Assembly: GCA_964016885.1 (NCBI GenBank)
Contig: OZ024743.1
Span: 159,278,001 to 159,342,000, forward strand
From: Eledone cirrhosa
Lineage: Eukaryota
Direction of reading: 5' to 3'
Length of the DNA stretch: 64,000 nucleotides
Shown here: in pieces, positions 1 through 13,346 of the stretch
How the letters are laid out: every line of letters begins with the position of its first letter
Numbering within the stretch: position 1 is the first letter of the stretch
The notes under the pieces: model-generated
Told to the model about the DNA's origin: nothing
Database searches by the model: none
What the model saw: the letters and a program-made list of their open reading frames with translations, nothing else
Position numbers and translations under genes: made by a program

Positions 1-967
1 CAATCATTTTAACGCCATTCTGCAATAAACTGTCGGCTTTAAAACACCGATTAATAACACGATGGAAAAGAAATAGTGAATGAAGAGAATCGACCTCAAA
101 TAAAATAAAAAAAAATAGATACACATGCAATATTCTATACAAGACAATTATTGAGAAATTATTTTTAGTCTTCTAATTACTGGTTCTATGATTGATTCAG
201 TGATCAATTATAAATATTTACAGCCAATGATATTAAAAGATCATGCAAATTAAAAAAAAAAAGAAAAGCAAACACAAATATTGTCTTAAGATATGACATG
301 AAAGTGATGGTCATCTTAATGAATAATATCAGTCAAAGTTGAGATTGAGCAGTAATTAGCACAGATTTAACTTAGATAAACATACAGGCATTAAATTGTC
401 TCCTGATTACATTCCAAAAAGATCTTTTAACTGTTCCATCATATCAATGTGAAATATTTCAATTATGGTAAATAGAATTACATTTAAGGTTTATATACTG
501 GTCAATCGAAGTACATGGTTGTGTCTTATGATGAAACTAAACCTGTGAAATACGTATCAATTCAAAACTTTAAAGCCCCTTGGATTACAATCTCATAAGA
601 TAATAATAAAATAATAAAAATAATCTGAAGACATTTCATTGTAACTAAAAACACAAAGAACTCAAAGCACTAGATTAAAGATTACGACCTACGTGTAGAT
701 TCACAATACATAATACTCTTCTATATTTTTCTTCGATAAGAATGTATATATATATATAGAAAATATATTTTAGACTAGGTAGAAATGGCCTATAACCAAA
801 CCCATAAAAGAGTAAATATTTTCTGATTTGTAACAAGACAAATACAAAGGTCTGTTACAATGTATTTCAATGAATCTTTTCCTAATACACCAACTATTTC
901 GCCGTGCATGTACATGCGCTCTACATAACAGTTTTATCGATTTTGAGGCATGGTAATATATATATGC

Positions 968-1019
<52 letters not shown>

Positions 1020-1073
1020 TAATAAAAACAATGAATAAAAACAAAGAAAACAGTTCCTTATATTAAAATATTC

Positions 1074-1207
1074 ATCATTTACGATCGTTTCTAGGATATA
1101 TATGTGTGTGTTGGTATGTATATCATATAGATCTATGTAAAAATGTTACAAACTATCAGATGAAATATACATACCTACACATATATATGCTGTCTTCAGA
1201 AATAATC
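1074..1207 (-). ncRNA. Candidate type I hammerhead ribozyme with ~100-nt stem II
   Basis: Minus strand reads ATTATT(T)-CTGAAGA-[CAGCATATATATGTGTAGGTATGTATAT...ATATACATACC..ACACATATATATCCTA]-GAAAC-GATC-GTA-AATGAT. Stem III is palindromic (ACGATCGT). Stem I needs one bulged U and the base of stem II is imperfect. Confidence 0.55.
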
Positions 1208-1241
1208 TGAAGACAGCATATATATGTGTAGGTATGTATTT
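1163..1241. repeat. ~35-bp inverted repeat with 5-nt spacer, duplicating the 5' part of the HHR element
   Basis: ATACATACCTACACATATATATGCTGTCTTCAGA-aataa-TCTGAAGACAGCATATATATGTGTAGGTATGTAT. Confidence 0.9.
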
Positions 1242-1856
1242 TATATATATATGTGTGTGTGTATGTGTGTGTCTGTCTGTCTATCGGTGTGTGTGTGTGT
1301 GTAAGGAGTATGTTTGGTTGAATTACATCCGAACCTTTGAGCCGAAGGAGAAACAGAAGTAATAAGCTTTCCATTTCATTACAACATGCTTTCTGTTTTC
1401 TCAATAAGTCTCTTGATATAAAGATTTCTGGGAATTATTGCGATATTCTTCAATGACTGTGTAATAGGATCTATCTCCATTCCCTATTTCACGTATCTCA
1501 AAAAGACTAGAGTGCACCACCGGTTACAAATAGCTGGGGGAGGGTATTATCCTTACACGATGACAAATGTGAGAATGACTACTCAAGTAGAGTTTAATAT
1601 ACTATATTGTAACTAAGTGATGAGTCTTGTTACTCTGAGAAATCACCTTTGTATTCACAGGGTCGTCAAATAAAAATCTTGTCTGATATCCCTGAGTATA
1701 CACATTATACACATGTGAAACAGTAAAAAATGCATCACTTAATTATAATAAAGATTAGATAAACTCTACTTCGGTATTGAGTACTCGTTCTCACGTTTGT
1801 CAACATCACATGGATAAAACGTAGCCGTAATAAAGAATATAATATGATATAACATG

Positions 1857-1890
<34 letters not shown>

Positions 1891-1929
1891 TGTCTGTGTG
1901 TGTTCGAGTGTGCGCATGTGTATAAAACA

Positions 1930-2760
1930 ACGCAAATGGTACTAGGGAAACATATCGTCAATTGTGCACCCAACCAACATCCAAACTTTAAAATGTTTCC
2001 CATTTACAAATTCATAGACAACGCTACTTTCATCCATTGTACCAATAAGGAAACGTATTTCATTAACAAATTCCAACCTCTACTTAATGCAATAAACTTC
2101 GGACTAAACTAAAACTGGAACGAACAATGAACCAAATCCAAATACCTATGTATCTCTAAAGAGTTCCCTCCCTCACACCCCACCTAATCCTTTTTCTTAA
2201 ATAAATTAAATACCATCCACCATTTCTCTGCCACCCTGAATTACCCCCCCCCCCCTGCATATACACTCTCTAAAAAGGGAAATCATATCAAACCCCAGAC
2301 CACCATTTGCCTCTATCATGGATAAACTAATTACTCTTGCTATATTAACACATTTTGATCTGCTTATCTTCAAGAACTATGCTTGTAAATAACATTATTT
2401 TTTCTTTCACATTGCCTTATTTTGTTCCACATTACGTCCCTTTTTTTCTTTTTTCTTTTCACTTCATAAACCTTGTTTTAAACCTTATTCTTTCTGCACC
2501 ATTTCTTTAACATGTCCTACACCAATACATATTATTATCATTTGATAATGCATAAAAATGCTGAAACCGGTAATAGACAATTATTAAATATATAAATAAA
2601 TAAATAAATGCCATTGTTAATTAATAAATAAATCAACTAATACATTAACACTTCACACAAAGTAAAATATTTCGTTTTAATCATTTTCTAACCCAGAAAA
2701 AAAGAGAGAAAAAATAAAAAGGAGAAAAATATACTTTTCTTCCTAAGAATCTTGGAGTAT
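1930..2760 (+). mobile_element. Penelope-like element 3' fragment: GIY-YIG C-terminus plus 3' region with HHR
   Basis: ORF 1900-2112 ends LGKHIVNC..F.MFPIYK..KETYFINKFQPLLN*, matching the PLE endonuclease tail pattern. A pyrimidine-rich tract and an HHR follow. 2600-2750 recurs at 29800-30137. Confidence 0.65.
2538..2577 (+). ncRNA. Minimal type I hammerhead, U3-A8 core variant
   Basis: TCAT-TTGATAA-(T)GCAT aaaa ATGC(T)-GAAAC-CG-GTA-AT(A)GA. Stem III is palindromic (ACCGGT) and stem I is short with a bulge. Confidence 0.65.
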
Positions 2761-3021
2761 ATTCTACAGTGGATATGGCGCATGTCTCTCTGACATGACA
2801 CCCTTAAATTAATTTAATTTAATTTTCAATATACACATACGGCCCCTTAATTGTTGAGCTAACTCAGTGGAAAGGAGTCGACTGCTATTTCTAGTTGTCG
2901 ATAACCCTATTCACGCCATAAGATCAAGCTGATACGATGTGTGTATTTTTGATAAGTGCAACACGTGCTGCTAGCCATTCTCAGATTTGGATTTGCTGTG
3001 TAAACACAGATAGTTAAGTCT

Positions 3022-3114
3022 TCTTCCTTGTTGAAAATCCAGATTTGGCTACTGTGGTTTACCGAAATATTGATGGTGAAATATATTTCTTTAATGAAAT
3101 ATATACAAGGAAGA
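3022..3114 (+). ncRNA. Type I hammerhead, U3-A8 core, 9-bp stems I and III
   Basis: Stem I TCTTCCTTG/CAAGGAAGA. Core TTGAAAA at 3031-3037. Stem II base (T)CCA...TGG(T). GAAA at 3078. Stem III ATATATTTC/GAAATATAT. ATA cleavage triplet at 3103-3105. Homolog at 58453-58545. Confidence 0.75.
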
Positions 3115-3377
3115 TTAATCCATTTATAAGGTATCTGTTTTTAAAGTTCTATTTAAACTTTAATTATTTACCTACATAGCTATGTGAGATTACACACTTT
3201 TACAAATTATTCCCTGTGATTGTTTCATATGTTTATTTTAGATATATATATATATATATATAGTAATAATAATAAATTTGAAGACTAAAATCCAAAGAGG
3301 GCTCGATAAGGATAAATATACATCGAATATGTAAGAACCGTAATAGTCTAGAATTATATATATATATATATATATAC

Positions 3378-3410
3378 AGTCCAGAATTAGCCGTCGGAGT
3401 CATACTTGTT

Positions 3411-3477
<67 letters not shown>

Positions 3478-3640
3478 ATTTATATATATATATATTTCTG
3501 GTAGTCCAGAAATAGCCGTCGAAACGACTTGAGCTCTGCCGTCGGAGTCAAACATTTTCCTATTACCCACTCTACGACCCTACGTATTGAGTACTCTGGT
3601 GCGTTATGGTCCATCTGGTTCCTAACTACACCTCAATCGT
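3378..3640 (+). mobile_element. Two short 3' fragments of the PLE family seen at 22.25-24.8 kb, in (TA)n
   Basis: AGTCCAGAA(A/T)TAGCCGTCGAAACG.CTTGAGCTCTGCCGTCGG... matches 24757-24817 and the reverse complement of 22255-22380. The first copy has a deletion between the two GCCGTC repeats. Confidence 0.8.
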
Positions 3641-3683
3641 TATATAATAAATATATATATATATATTTATATATATATATATA

Positions 3684-3859
3684 TTAACATTTACAATTTC
3701 TACAAAGTGATAAATGGCAATGTGAAGTAATGTATACCCGACATTTACAATTTCTACAAAGTGATAAATGGCAATGTGAAGTAATAGTAACAAGTGGTCG
3801 TCGGGTATACATTACTTCACATTGCCATTTATCACTTTGTAGAAATTGTAAATGTTAAG
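3684..3859. repeat. Direct plus inverted triplication of a ~55-bp unit
   Basis: ACATTTACAATTTCTACAAAGTGATAAATGGCAATGTGAAGTAAT occurs at 3687 and 3741, with its reverse complement at ~3800-3857. Confidence 0.9.
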
Positions 3860-4159
3860 TTGTAAATGTAAACATTATTTGCTAAACATGTAAAGACTTG
3901 AGGGTATTTGAAATTTGAATAGATATTTCATTTCCATTTTGAGACGCCACTACAATGCAGTTAATAATAATTAATAGTTTGTTCCGTTATTAAATAAATC
4001 AATAAAATTAGATTGGCAAGATAGGTCGCGGAATTGAAAAAATCTTAGGTACTGAGATTGATACGAACTATTAATTCCTAGGGAAGTAATGCCCTAGCAT
4101 CACCACAATTTAATGCGTGAAACCAGTAAAAGTATATATATAGATATATATTTATAAGT

Positions 4160-4613
<454 letters not shown>

Positions 4614-5435
4614 ACGAAACAAACAATCACTACTAAATAAACTGATATAACTATATAATTGAATAATATAATGGTACAAAGGAAACGTTATCTTCAATGC
4701 CCGAAACCAACTCGTGGTTATTACTGCTGCTGCTACTATCACTATTGTTATATATATTATGATTCATACTTTAACATTTTTATTTTCCTTTATTTGCAGC
4801 AGGGAAGCAGTTAAATGGCAATGATCATGAGCACATTTGAGTTTTGATAATTTAAACATATATAAAAAACAAAAATAGAAACTATTATTCTCCATGAAAT
4901 TTTCCATCATGGAAAATTTGTTTTAATTCAATGAAAATTCTGCGAGCTGTTTACAATGAATCGAGTCAAATCTTCCGTATCTATCAGAAGATTGTTTTTG
5001 CGTTGCTTTCCATTTCGGGGCATCGCACAAGGTGGGCTTTAAATCTGTTGCATGTATATGAAAACGAATAAAGTGAAGCATAATCAGATAAACATGAATT
5101 AGAAATAGTCGGAGGCAATTTGTGTGAATGAACAAATACGCTTGAAGTGTATATTTCCTCGTATCCCCTTATTAATTCCACGTGAATTTCATAATTAATC
5201 GGCAACCGGTAAACTGTTTAGTTAGAATAAACTGCATGTTCGCGCGTGCGCGCCCACGACATACGCTTACACATACATACGCACAGGCAAGACACATACA
5301 TACTCACAGAGACATGTTTCTATTTCTCGTGTAAATTTAATTTCAGTAAGTGATATTTTTGCATATCAATGAATGCTCAGGTGTTGAATACATGTTGAAT
5401 ATTATTTCACGCATATAATCTCTCTCTCTCTCTCC

Positions 5436-5593
<158 letters not shown>

Positions 5594-5594
5594 G

Positions 5595-5627
<33 letters not shown>

Positions 5628-5877
5628 TAGATAAATATACACGGGTGTGTATGATTGTGTATAGAAGATTATTTTAATAAAAGGAATTCCAACTTTGTCT
5701 GATTTACACGTTTTATTTACAATCTTTTAACATTTTTTAAAATTTATAATGGTATTAGAATGAAATAGTATGGTAGAATATTAAATGTTAAGTGTTAATT
5801 GAACAAGTACTTTCATGCTTTCGCAATCTTCAGGGTCATTATGTGTGGTTACAGTCAAGTTTGCAATTTTCAACTGT

Positions 5878-6078
5878 ATATATATATATATAATACTAAA
5901 AGTCTGTGATTGTTTACTTGCTTGCCTATCTGTAATGTAATACGGCAAAAAAGGCGGATAATGCGAAAATACTTTGAAAGGAAATTGCCCAGAAAGGGGA
6001 ATACAAATGGAATAAAATAAGTTCCGCGCAAATCGAAGAACAGGTTCTCGAGATATGAGATTTTCTGGATCCCTTCAT

Positions 6079-6153
<75 letters not shown>

Positions 6154-6556
6154 GTGGTTGTGAGAGGGTGGATTCAATGAGAGACATAGATAGATGGAGA
6201 GAAGACAGAGAAGGAGAATGGAAGAGAGAGGGAGACAGCTGCTGGTGTCGTTGTGTGTATATATGAGTTTGTGTATATATATATATATATATATATGTGT
6301 GTATGTGTGTATGACCAGTGTATATAGATCACAGACATCCACTTATATATACACACAAACATACATATATAGACATATTCACACACACACATTTATATAT
6401 ATACATACACACACGTATATATATATGGGCCTTCCAGTTTCATTTCACATTATATACATGGCTGTGTATATATATTAATTATTTAAAAATTAACTTTATG
6501 ATTTTGAAAAAAATATTTTGAAGTAAACGTGACCCAACGGGTCACGGGTGGTCTAG
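5878..6556 (+). mobile_element. Non-autonomous Helitron-like element
   Basis: 3' hairpin CGTGACCC-aac-GGGTCACG (6528-6546), then CTAG|T at 6553-6557. Internal (GA)n. Its 5' part matches 62942-63370, which starts A|TC. Confidence 0.75.
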
Positions 6557-6598
6557 TATAACGTGAAAATTATCGGTATGAATATCTTTCACTCTCTC

Positions 6599-6713
<115 letters not shown>

Positions 6714-6716
6714 GTA

Positions 6717-6780
<64 letters not shown>

Positions 6781-6784
6781 AGGT

Positions 6785-6975
6785 ATGACCCCGACGGCAG
6801 AGCTCAAGCCGTTTCGACAGCTATTTCTGGACTATGTAGTCCAGAAATAGCCGCCGAAACGGCTTGAGTTCTGCCGTCAGGGTCATGCTACTTCCTATTT
6901 CCCACTCTACTACCCTAAGTATTGAGTACTCTGGTGCGTCATGGTCCATCTGGTTCCTTATCACAATTCCTTTGT
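6785..6975. mobile_element. Head-to-head inverted pair of PLE 3' fragments (22-24 kb family)
   Basis: ATGACCCCGACGGCAGAGCTCAAGCCGTTTCG...CTGGACTA-tg-TAGTCCAG...GCCGTCAGGGTCAT, flanked by (TA)n. Another minus-strand copy lies at 7177-7308. Confidence 0.85.
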
Positions 6976-7134
6976 TATATATATATATATATATATATAA
7001 ACATACATACATACGAAAGCATAGACAACTGAGAGTTCCAGCTGAATCTTGGCGGAACAGATAAAGAACAGTTACCCTGTTATTGAATCGTTAAGATTCA
7101 GCTGGAACTCTGTGTCTATGCTTTCGTATGTATG

Positions 7135-7179
<45 letters not shown>

Positions 7180-7319
7180 CAAAGGAATTGTGGTAACTAA
7201 CCAGATGGACCATAACGCACCAGAGTACACAATACTTAGGTTAGTAGAGTGGGAAATAGGAAGTAGTATGACCCGGACAGCAGAGCTCAAGCCGTTTCAA
7301 CGGCTATTTATATAATAGA

Positions 7320-7870
7320 TATAATAAATGTTTGATGAATCGATACTTACATATATATATGTGTGCATGTATGTATATATATATACATACTACTGTACGT
7401 CTGTATACATATATGTATGGACGTATCCATACTTATATTTAAGTAACAGCCGTACTAAGAGTGGGAAATGAAATTTCGTTTCATTTTATCCGTTTCTCGT
7501 GTTTGGTGCACCCGGCCGATTAGCCCACTCGATATGCACATTGGGCTACTCAGCCGTTAATATAAATAAGGTAAGTATATACTTTCGGACGTTCAACTAT
7601 CTGGCAGGAAGGTATACGTTGCTGACGATAGCTAACAAGCTTGAAACTAGTACAGTGTTCCTTTGTCAGTGTTGAACAAACGAGCAACGGTGGTTGCTAG
7701 ACACTACGGCTTAATACGGGATGTTTGTTTACAAACACACCGAACATTATAATAAATGTTTGATGAATCCATACATATATATATATATATGTGTGCATGT
7801 ATGTATATATATATACATACTACTGTACGTTTGTATACAGATATGTATGTACGTATACATACTTATATTA
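7320..7870 (+). mobile_element. ~430-bp partial tandem HHR-bearing unit (pLTR/retrozyme-like)
   Basis: A ~120-bp direct repeat at 7320-7438 and 7750-7868 brackets an HHR at 7617. Confidence 0.6.
7617..7657 (+). ncRNA. Minimal type I hammerhead ribozyme
   Basis: CGTTG-CTGACGA-(T)AGCT aaca AGCT(T)-GAAAC-TA-GTA-CAGTG. Intact core, palindromic stem III ACTAGT, 5-bp stem I with two G-U pairs. Confidence 0.8.
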
Positions 7871-7891
7871 TATATATATATATATATATAT

Positions 7892-7964
<73 letters not shown>

Positions 7965-8017
7965 GAGAGAGAGAGAGAGAGAGAGTGAGATATTCATACC
8001 GATAATGTTTAAGATAT

Positions 8018-8143
8018 ACTAGTCCACCCGTTGTGTGACGTTCACTTCAAAATATATTTAAAAATCATGTTCACTTAAAGTTAATGTTTAAATAATTAAT
8101 ATATACACAGCCATATATATAATGTGAAATGAGACTGGAACGC

Positions 8144-8148
<5 letters not shown>
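8018..8148 (-). mobile_element. 3' fragment of the same Helitron-like family
   Basis: Reverse complement of 6425-6557, ending CTAG, with a degraded hairpin. Confidence 0.7.
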
Positions 8149-8193
<45 letters not shown>

Positions 8194-8459
8194 TTGGTGT
8201 AGCTTTTCAGGTAAATGTGTCTGGCAGGTAAATTTGCAGGTAAATGCGTTGATTAATTCTAAAATTATCTATCTTGGTATTTTTTCTTGGAAATCATCAT
8301 CATTGACCATGTTTAGCTACAAGCAGTGTAGGATGGACAGAGAAATGACCTCTCTTCTTAATTAATTTTTCTTCCCCTTTTTATTTACATTTTCTTCATT
8401 ATTATTATAATTATCACTATTTGTACAAATATGCAGTTTAACAATATTCTGCATATCAC

Positions 8460-8491
8460 CAATTGACAATTCAATGCTGAAACCGGTATTG
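8460..8491 (+). ncRNA. Degenerate minimal hammerhead, U3-A8 core
   Basis: CAA-TTGACAA-ttcaatgct-GAAAC-CG-GTA-TTG. It shares ATGCTGAAACCGGTA with the 2538 motif. Stem II is eroded. Confidence 0.5.
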
Positions 8492-8847
8492 TAAATAAAT
8501 TAATGTTTTGATGTCTCACTGAAAAACTCTGTTCAACATTTTCTACTGAAGAATCTTTTTCCTTTCTACTATTTTTTTTTTATATATATCAACTCGTGTG
8601 GTACTTTATTACATTCGACACACACACACACACATACACACACATATATATATATATTTATATATATATATATATATAAAGACCCCTTCGGTCACGAATG
8701 ATCATGGGATTTGTACCTAGAAAGTGCCCTCTCTGAAGTACAAGTCGAGGTAATGTTCTTTATATTATTGGTGTAATCTCGGGCACACCCTCAGTAAATA
8801 TACAGAGATGACTTTACGTTATACCTTTTCTACTAGCGCACTTATTA

Positions 8848-8923
<76 letters not shown>

Positions 8924-8952
8924 GTATATATATATATATATACACACACACA

Positions 8953-9002
<50 letters not shown>

Positions 9003-9005
<3 letters not shown>

Positions 9006-9075
9006 TGAAGACTCCGGTGCTCCAGATTTCCTATGTTATCGGATATCTTAAAATGCGGACGAAACCATGGTAGAG
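9003..9075 (+). ncRNA. Hammerhead motif truncated at its 5' side by (TA)n
   Basis: CTGAAGA (9005)-cTCCG...CGGAc-GAAAC-CATG-GTA-GAGG. Stem III is palindromic (ACCATGGT). Stem I has only 2 bp. Confidence 0.55.
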
Positions 9076-9415
9076 GTAACTAAATATGTTCACTTTTCTC
9101 CTAGTTTATTTTACACCTAATTCTGTTTAGTTGACTATATCTGGTCGATTTATACACGCTGACGGAATACTCGATACATACTCCGTCGCAACCGCCGCGA
9201 AGGGCTGCTTTCGGTTATTTGTTGGAGATTTCTTCATAGGAGCCTTTATCCTTATAGCTTGGTCTAATTGATTTTTTATATGGTTAATTATGCTAATTGG
9301 GAGAGGAAACGGTATATATTTTATCTGGTGATTCTATAGACATGTTTTATGATATATAGCTCTGATTGTTTAATTTATTAACTCTTCATTGAGCCACAAA
9401 GTGACCCGTTGCAAA

Positions 9416-9459
<44 letters not shown>

Positions 9460-9489
9460 GTAAACCTTTATATATATAAATATATATGT

Positions 9490-9534
<45 letters not shown>

Positions 9535-9624
9535 CGTGCGTGTATAGTTAATAAATGAAACAAAACCAAACGAACACAGGTGCCCATAAATAGTCATATA
9601 CCCACGCATGTAAATATATATTTA

Positions 9625-9802
9625 CAATATATTAATAAATGGAAACTATATTTATAAAACCATAATTATTTTATAATATATATTTCAAGGGCGACCAAGC
9701 CAATCTTGGTGCGCTTTCATTAGATACAATATTAAATTTGTTTCATAAATAGTGACATAACCATGGAAAACAACCTTGACGATGGAAAATTCACTGGATA
9801 GT
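9625..9802 (-). mobile_element. Short HHR-bearing PLE-end element (family of 16263-16637), core mutated
   Basis: Homologous to 16263-16444. Its core reads CTAATGA (G5 to A). Stem II contains ACCAAG/CTTGGT. Confidence 0.7.
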
Positions 9803-11269
9803 GAACATTTATTAAGGGTAATTCAAAGTTATGTGTGAATATGCAAATGAATGTCCGAAAAAATTGAAAAAACAACCGTTTATTTAAATTACGCCGAGGG
9901 AAGAAGAAAGGAGAGAAAGAGAAGTAAAATATTACTGTTAAGGGTTACATGTAGAAATAGAGTGAGGAAAGAGAGAAGAAAGAAGCTTATCCGAGGATGA
10001 GCTCATATAACGTAAATAAGTCTTATATTTATGTTACGTATATTTACTAATAATTGTTAGAATTATATTATAATAAATATGTATTAACTATTATAAGTAT
10101 ATAGAAAATTAGATATATAGAAAAAATAAATATAAAGATATATTAAAAATATATTAAAAAATCGATTTAAAATAAATAGATATAAAGTAGAATCATAAGA
10201 GAAAATATAGATATATGGATAGATATAAGCATAGATATATGAGTGGATAGATGGGTATATCATGTTATAGATGATAAATTATGAGGGATACTAATTTATA
10301 TTTAGTGTAAGTAATTAAATTAAATTAAATTAAATTAACTAAGGTAATAAGATTACTTATATGTTTTTAATGTTTTACATCGGAAAAATATTGAAAATCC
10401 CAGTTTCGTTTATTTATTAGTTATTATGAGAACATTTTGTTTAAAGATATATTTAGCCAGAATTAGTTATTGGTTATAACTCTATTAAATATTAATAAAA
10501 AAAAATAAAAACAATAATTAAAAGTATAAGAAAATATAAAAAAAAATTAAGATATTAAAATTATAAAATATTAAAAATTTTAGACAAATTCTTGAAAATT
10601 CCTGGAAAAACATCCAAAGAGATTTTAAAAAGATCTCTAAAAACCTCGGAAGATACTCAACAACCTGTTAAAAAACATTTAAAAAGTGTTTAAAATTAAT
10701 TAAATACCTGAAATTATTCACAAGATATAAAGAAATAATATTAAGAAATAATATTAAGAAATATTTAAAAATACTTAAAAATACTTTAAAATATTTTAAA
10801 ATATTAGAAAAATATTAAAAAATATTAAGATAACCCAAATAATCCCTAAAAAAATATATTTTTAAATTTTTTTAGGAAATAAGTAATTTAGAAAAAAAAA
10901 TTAAGTAATTTTTAAAAAAAAGATTATGAGATATTTTAGAAGTAAGATAAAATAAAGATAAAAAATAAAGATAAAAAATGAGAAATTTAGAAGTACAATA
11001 AAAGATTTAAGCAGTAAAGATAATTAAGAAGTAAAAATATTAAAAAGTAAAGATTTAAGAAGTAAATTATATATATTTAAGAAGTAAAAGATATTAAAAT
11101 TAGAATTACATTAAATTTAAAGATTTATAATTTATGAACTTATGAATTTATGAATTTATGAACTTAGAATTTATGAGTTTATGCATATAATTTAAGAACA
11201 TTTTAATAAATGAAATTTATAGGTGTAAACATTATGTAGAAAAAATTAAACGTGTAATTATATTTTATA

Positions 11270-11930
11270 TTTAGATCTAAAAGTTGAGTTTTGGCGATGT
11301 TTACAAGAACTAAATAAATTCATACGTATATTAATAGAGTTCTTACATTTAAGTATGAAGAAAATTTTCTTAACACATAATTTGCAAAATTTAGATAAAA
11401 CTGTGTTTCTGTAGGCGTGTGCTTTTTGAAATTACATTCCAAGTTAAAGAATAGTCTCTATTTTTGGATTTTAAGTTCCATATCAAGTTGGATAGAGAAA
11501 TTGAAGATGTTTTACCAATATTATTAAACGAACATTTATGGTTATTGAAACGAGATTTAAAGTCTGTAGAAGTTGAGCCAACATAGTTAAAAATATTATC
11601 ATTGGTTTTGACATTGCATTTATAGACCAGATTTTTAACTAAACAGTTATTTTTTTTAAGGACAGTTAGACTTAATTCTACAATTACATTTATCAGAGTT
11701 TATATTATTCGGAACAGTGTTATTATATTGGATATTGCTAGAGGTATTAGGACTATTCTGGTTAAGGTTTAGATTTCTATTATTGATTCTATTTATATTT
11801 TGTGCTAGGTTAATAGTAGTAGAGTAAGATAGTTTAATTGTATGTCTGTTAAAGATTTAGTAGTATCTATGGGCCTTGGGAAAACATTTATCAAGTGCTT
11901 TAAAAAATAGTTACTCCAGTTTTCTGTTGA
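11270..11930 (-). pseudogene. Penelope-like element linker plus GIY-YIG endonuclease relic
   Basis: Manual translation with frameshifts gives FLKALDKCFPKAHRYY*IFNRHTIKLSYS...CNCRIKSNCP...NCLVKNLVYKCNVKT..FNYVGST..FKSRFNNH...IWNLK...W..CKLC...SCKHR. This is the Cys-rich linker type typical of Neptune-like PLEs. 9950-11270 is an extremely AT-rich tract on its 3' side. Confidence 0.85.
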
Positions 11931-12032
11931 GTGCTCTATATCAGTTATAAACATTTAAGTTTGTTGGAATCCCACCAAATTAAATATAACTTCTGCACAC
12001 ACACATACACACACACACACACATACACACAG

Positions 12033-12118
<86 letters not shown>

Positions 12119-12214
12119 GCCGATCGACCTTCTTCAAATCGGATCGAAGAAACAATGTTTCCGTTGGTCTTTGCAATTGCTAATACTTTCTATCGGTCGC
12201 AACTTTAGGTAGAA

Positions 12215-12300
12215 AGAGCAAAGTGAAATAAAGTGTCTTGCTCAAGGACATAGCGCATCACCCGGTGCAGGAATCGAACTGACAACCTAACGATTGCGCA
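12215..12300 (-). mobile_element. tRNA-derived SINE fragment
   Basis: Minus strand has a B-box-like GTTCGATTCC followed by TGTCCTTGAGCAAGACACTTTATTTCAC. Confidence 0.6.
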
Positions 12301-12469
12301 CTGGGCTAAATATATTGTCTTTAATTCGTAGAAATATCCATGTTCCCCCGCAGACAATTGATGAAGGAAAACTGTCCCCGTTCGTGTTCTTTTCTTATTT
12401 AGAAATACACCTTATCTACGCATTAAAGACAGGATATCTAGTTCCAGTGCGTCAATAACTAAAGGAAGT

Positions 12470-12815
12470 TATTGGGAAAAAAAGGAGAGAGAGAAAAATA
12501 TATAACAAAAGGGAAAAGGAAAGAAAAAGGAAAAAACAGCGAAAAAAAACGAAAAACACCATACCTAAGAGGGAAAAACGAAAGCACATGTGTGTAAGCA
12601 ACTCGAAGAGAGAGAAAAAATTAGAGTCGACATCAACTACTGGGCTTAAGTCCGAGGCTGTGTGGACGAGAGAAAAACACGTCTAATCTCCGCAATAATA
12701 AGGGAGAAAGAGACAGATTCAGAAAATTTTCTGGGAATTTGTGCTCTTAAGTATTTTTCAAAATTGCAGCCGTTTGATGTAAAATGTTCCGCAAGTTCTA
12801 TCGAACTACTATTAT
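12470..12815 (-). mobile_element. PLE 3' fragment (degenerate GIY-YIG tail plus pyrimidine tract)
   Basis: ORF 12646-12861 contains ELAEHFTSNGCNFEKYLRAQI, similar to the 'VAEHF..H..L.VQI' endonuclease tail. Confidence 0.45.
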
Positions 12816-12824
12816 TGTGCCTGA

Positions 12825-12992
12825 CGGTGGATTGGCAGTATTGGTAGAGGCTTTGCAGCATAGTTACGTCCCTTTACGGACTGAGTTCAAATCCTGTTAA
12901 CTTTGCCCATCATACTTACGGGGTCGATACAATAAAGTAGCAGTAATGCACTGGGTAATTGCTGACCTTGTGCTAAAAGTAGAAACAATTAT
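12825..12992 (+). mobile_element. SINE, diverged copy
   Basis: Aligns by eye to 13347-13527 and 56223-56415. Confidence 0.8.
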
Positions 12993-13346
12993 TGTGCCTG
13001 ACGTCATATCTGTGCCAATTTAATCTTTTGTTTAATTGTTGTGTTGTACAATCAACCTAAATCAAGTTGTGTTTCGTGCATTCTACTGCCTACACGAAAT
13101 GGGAATCTCTACATGTCCCACCTTCCTTGTAAATCATAACATTTCTGTTATAATTCCTGATGGAATTCACCAGACTCATAACAAAAATACAAATGATGGA
13201 CACAGAACTCCATGTTCATCGGCCAAGATGGATTTGTGCAGTTTCGACCCCTATCAACGGTACTGTTGGTCCAGCCGGGGTCATAGCGTCTGACACAAGC
13301 TAAACGCTGTCCAGTGCAGTAAGAGACAAAAGACAGAACATTAATT

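Noticed and set aside
9950-11270. Possible mitochondrial control-region insertion
   Set aside because: No tRNA, rRNA or mitochondrial gene fragments are visible, and it is adjacent to a PLE relic.
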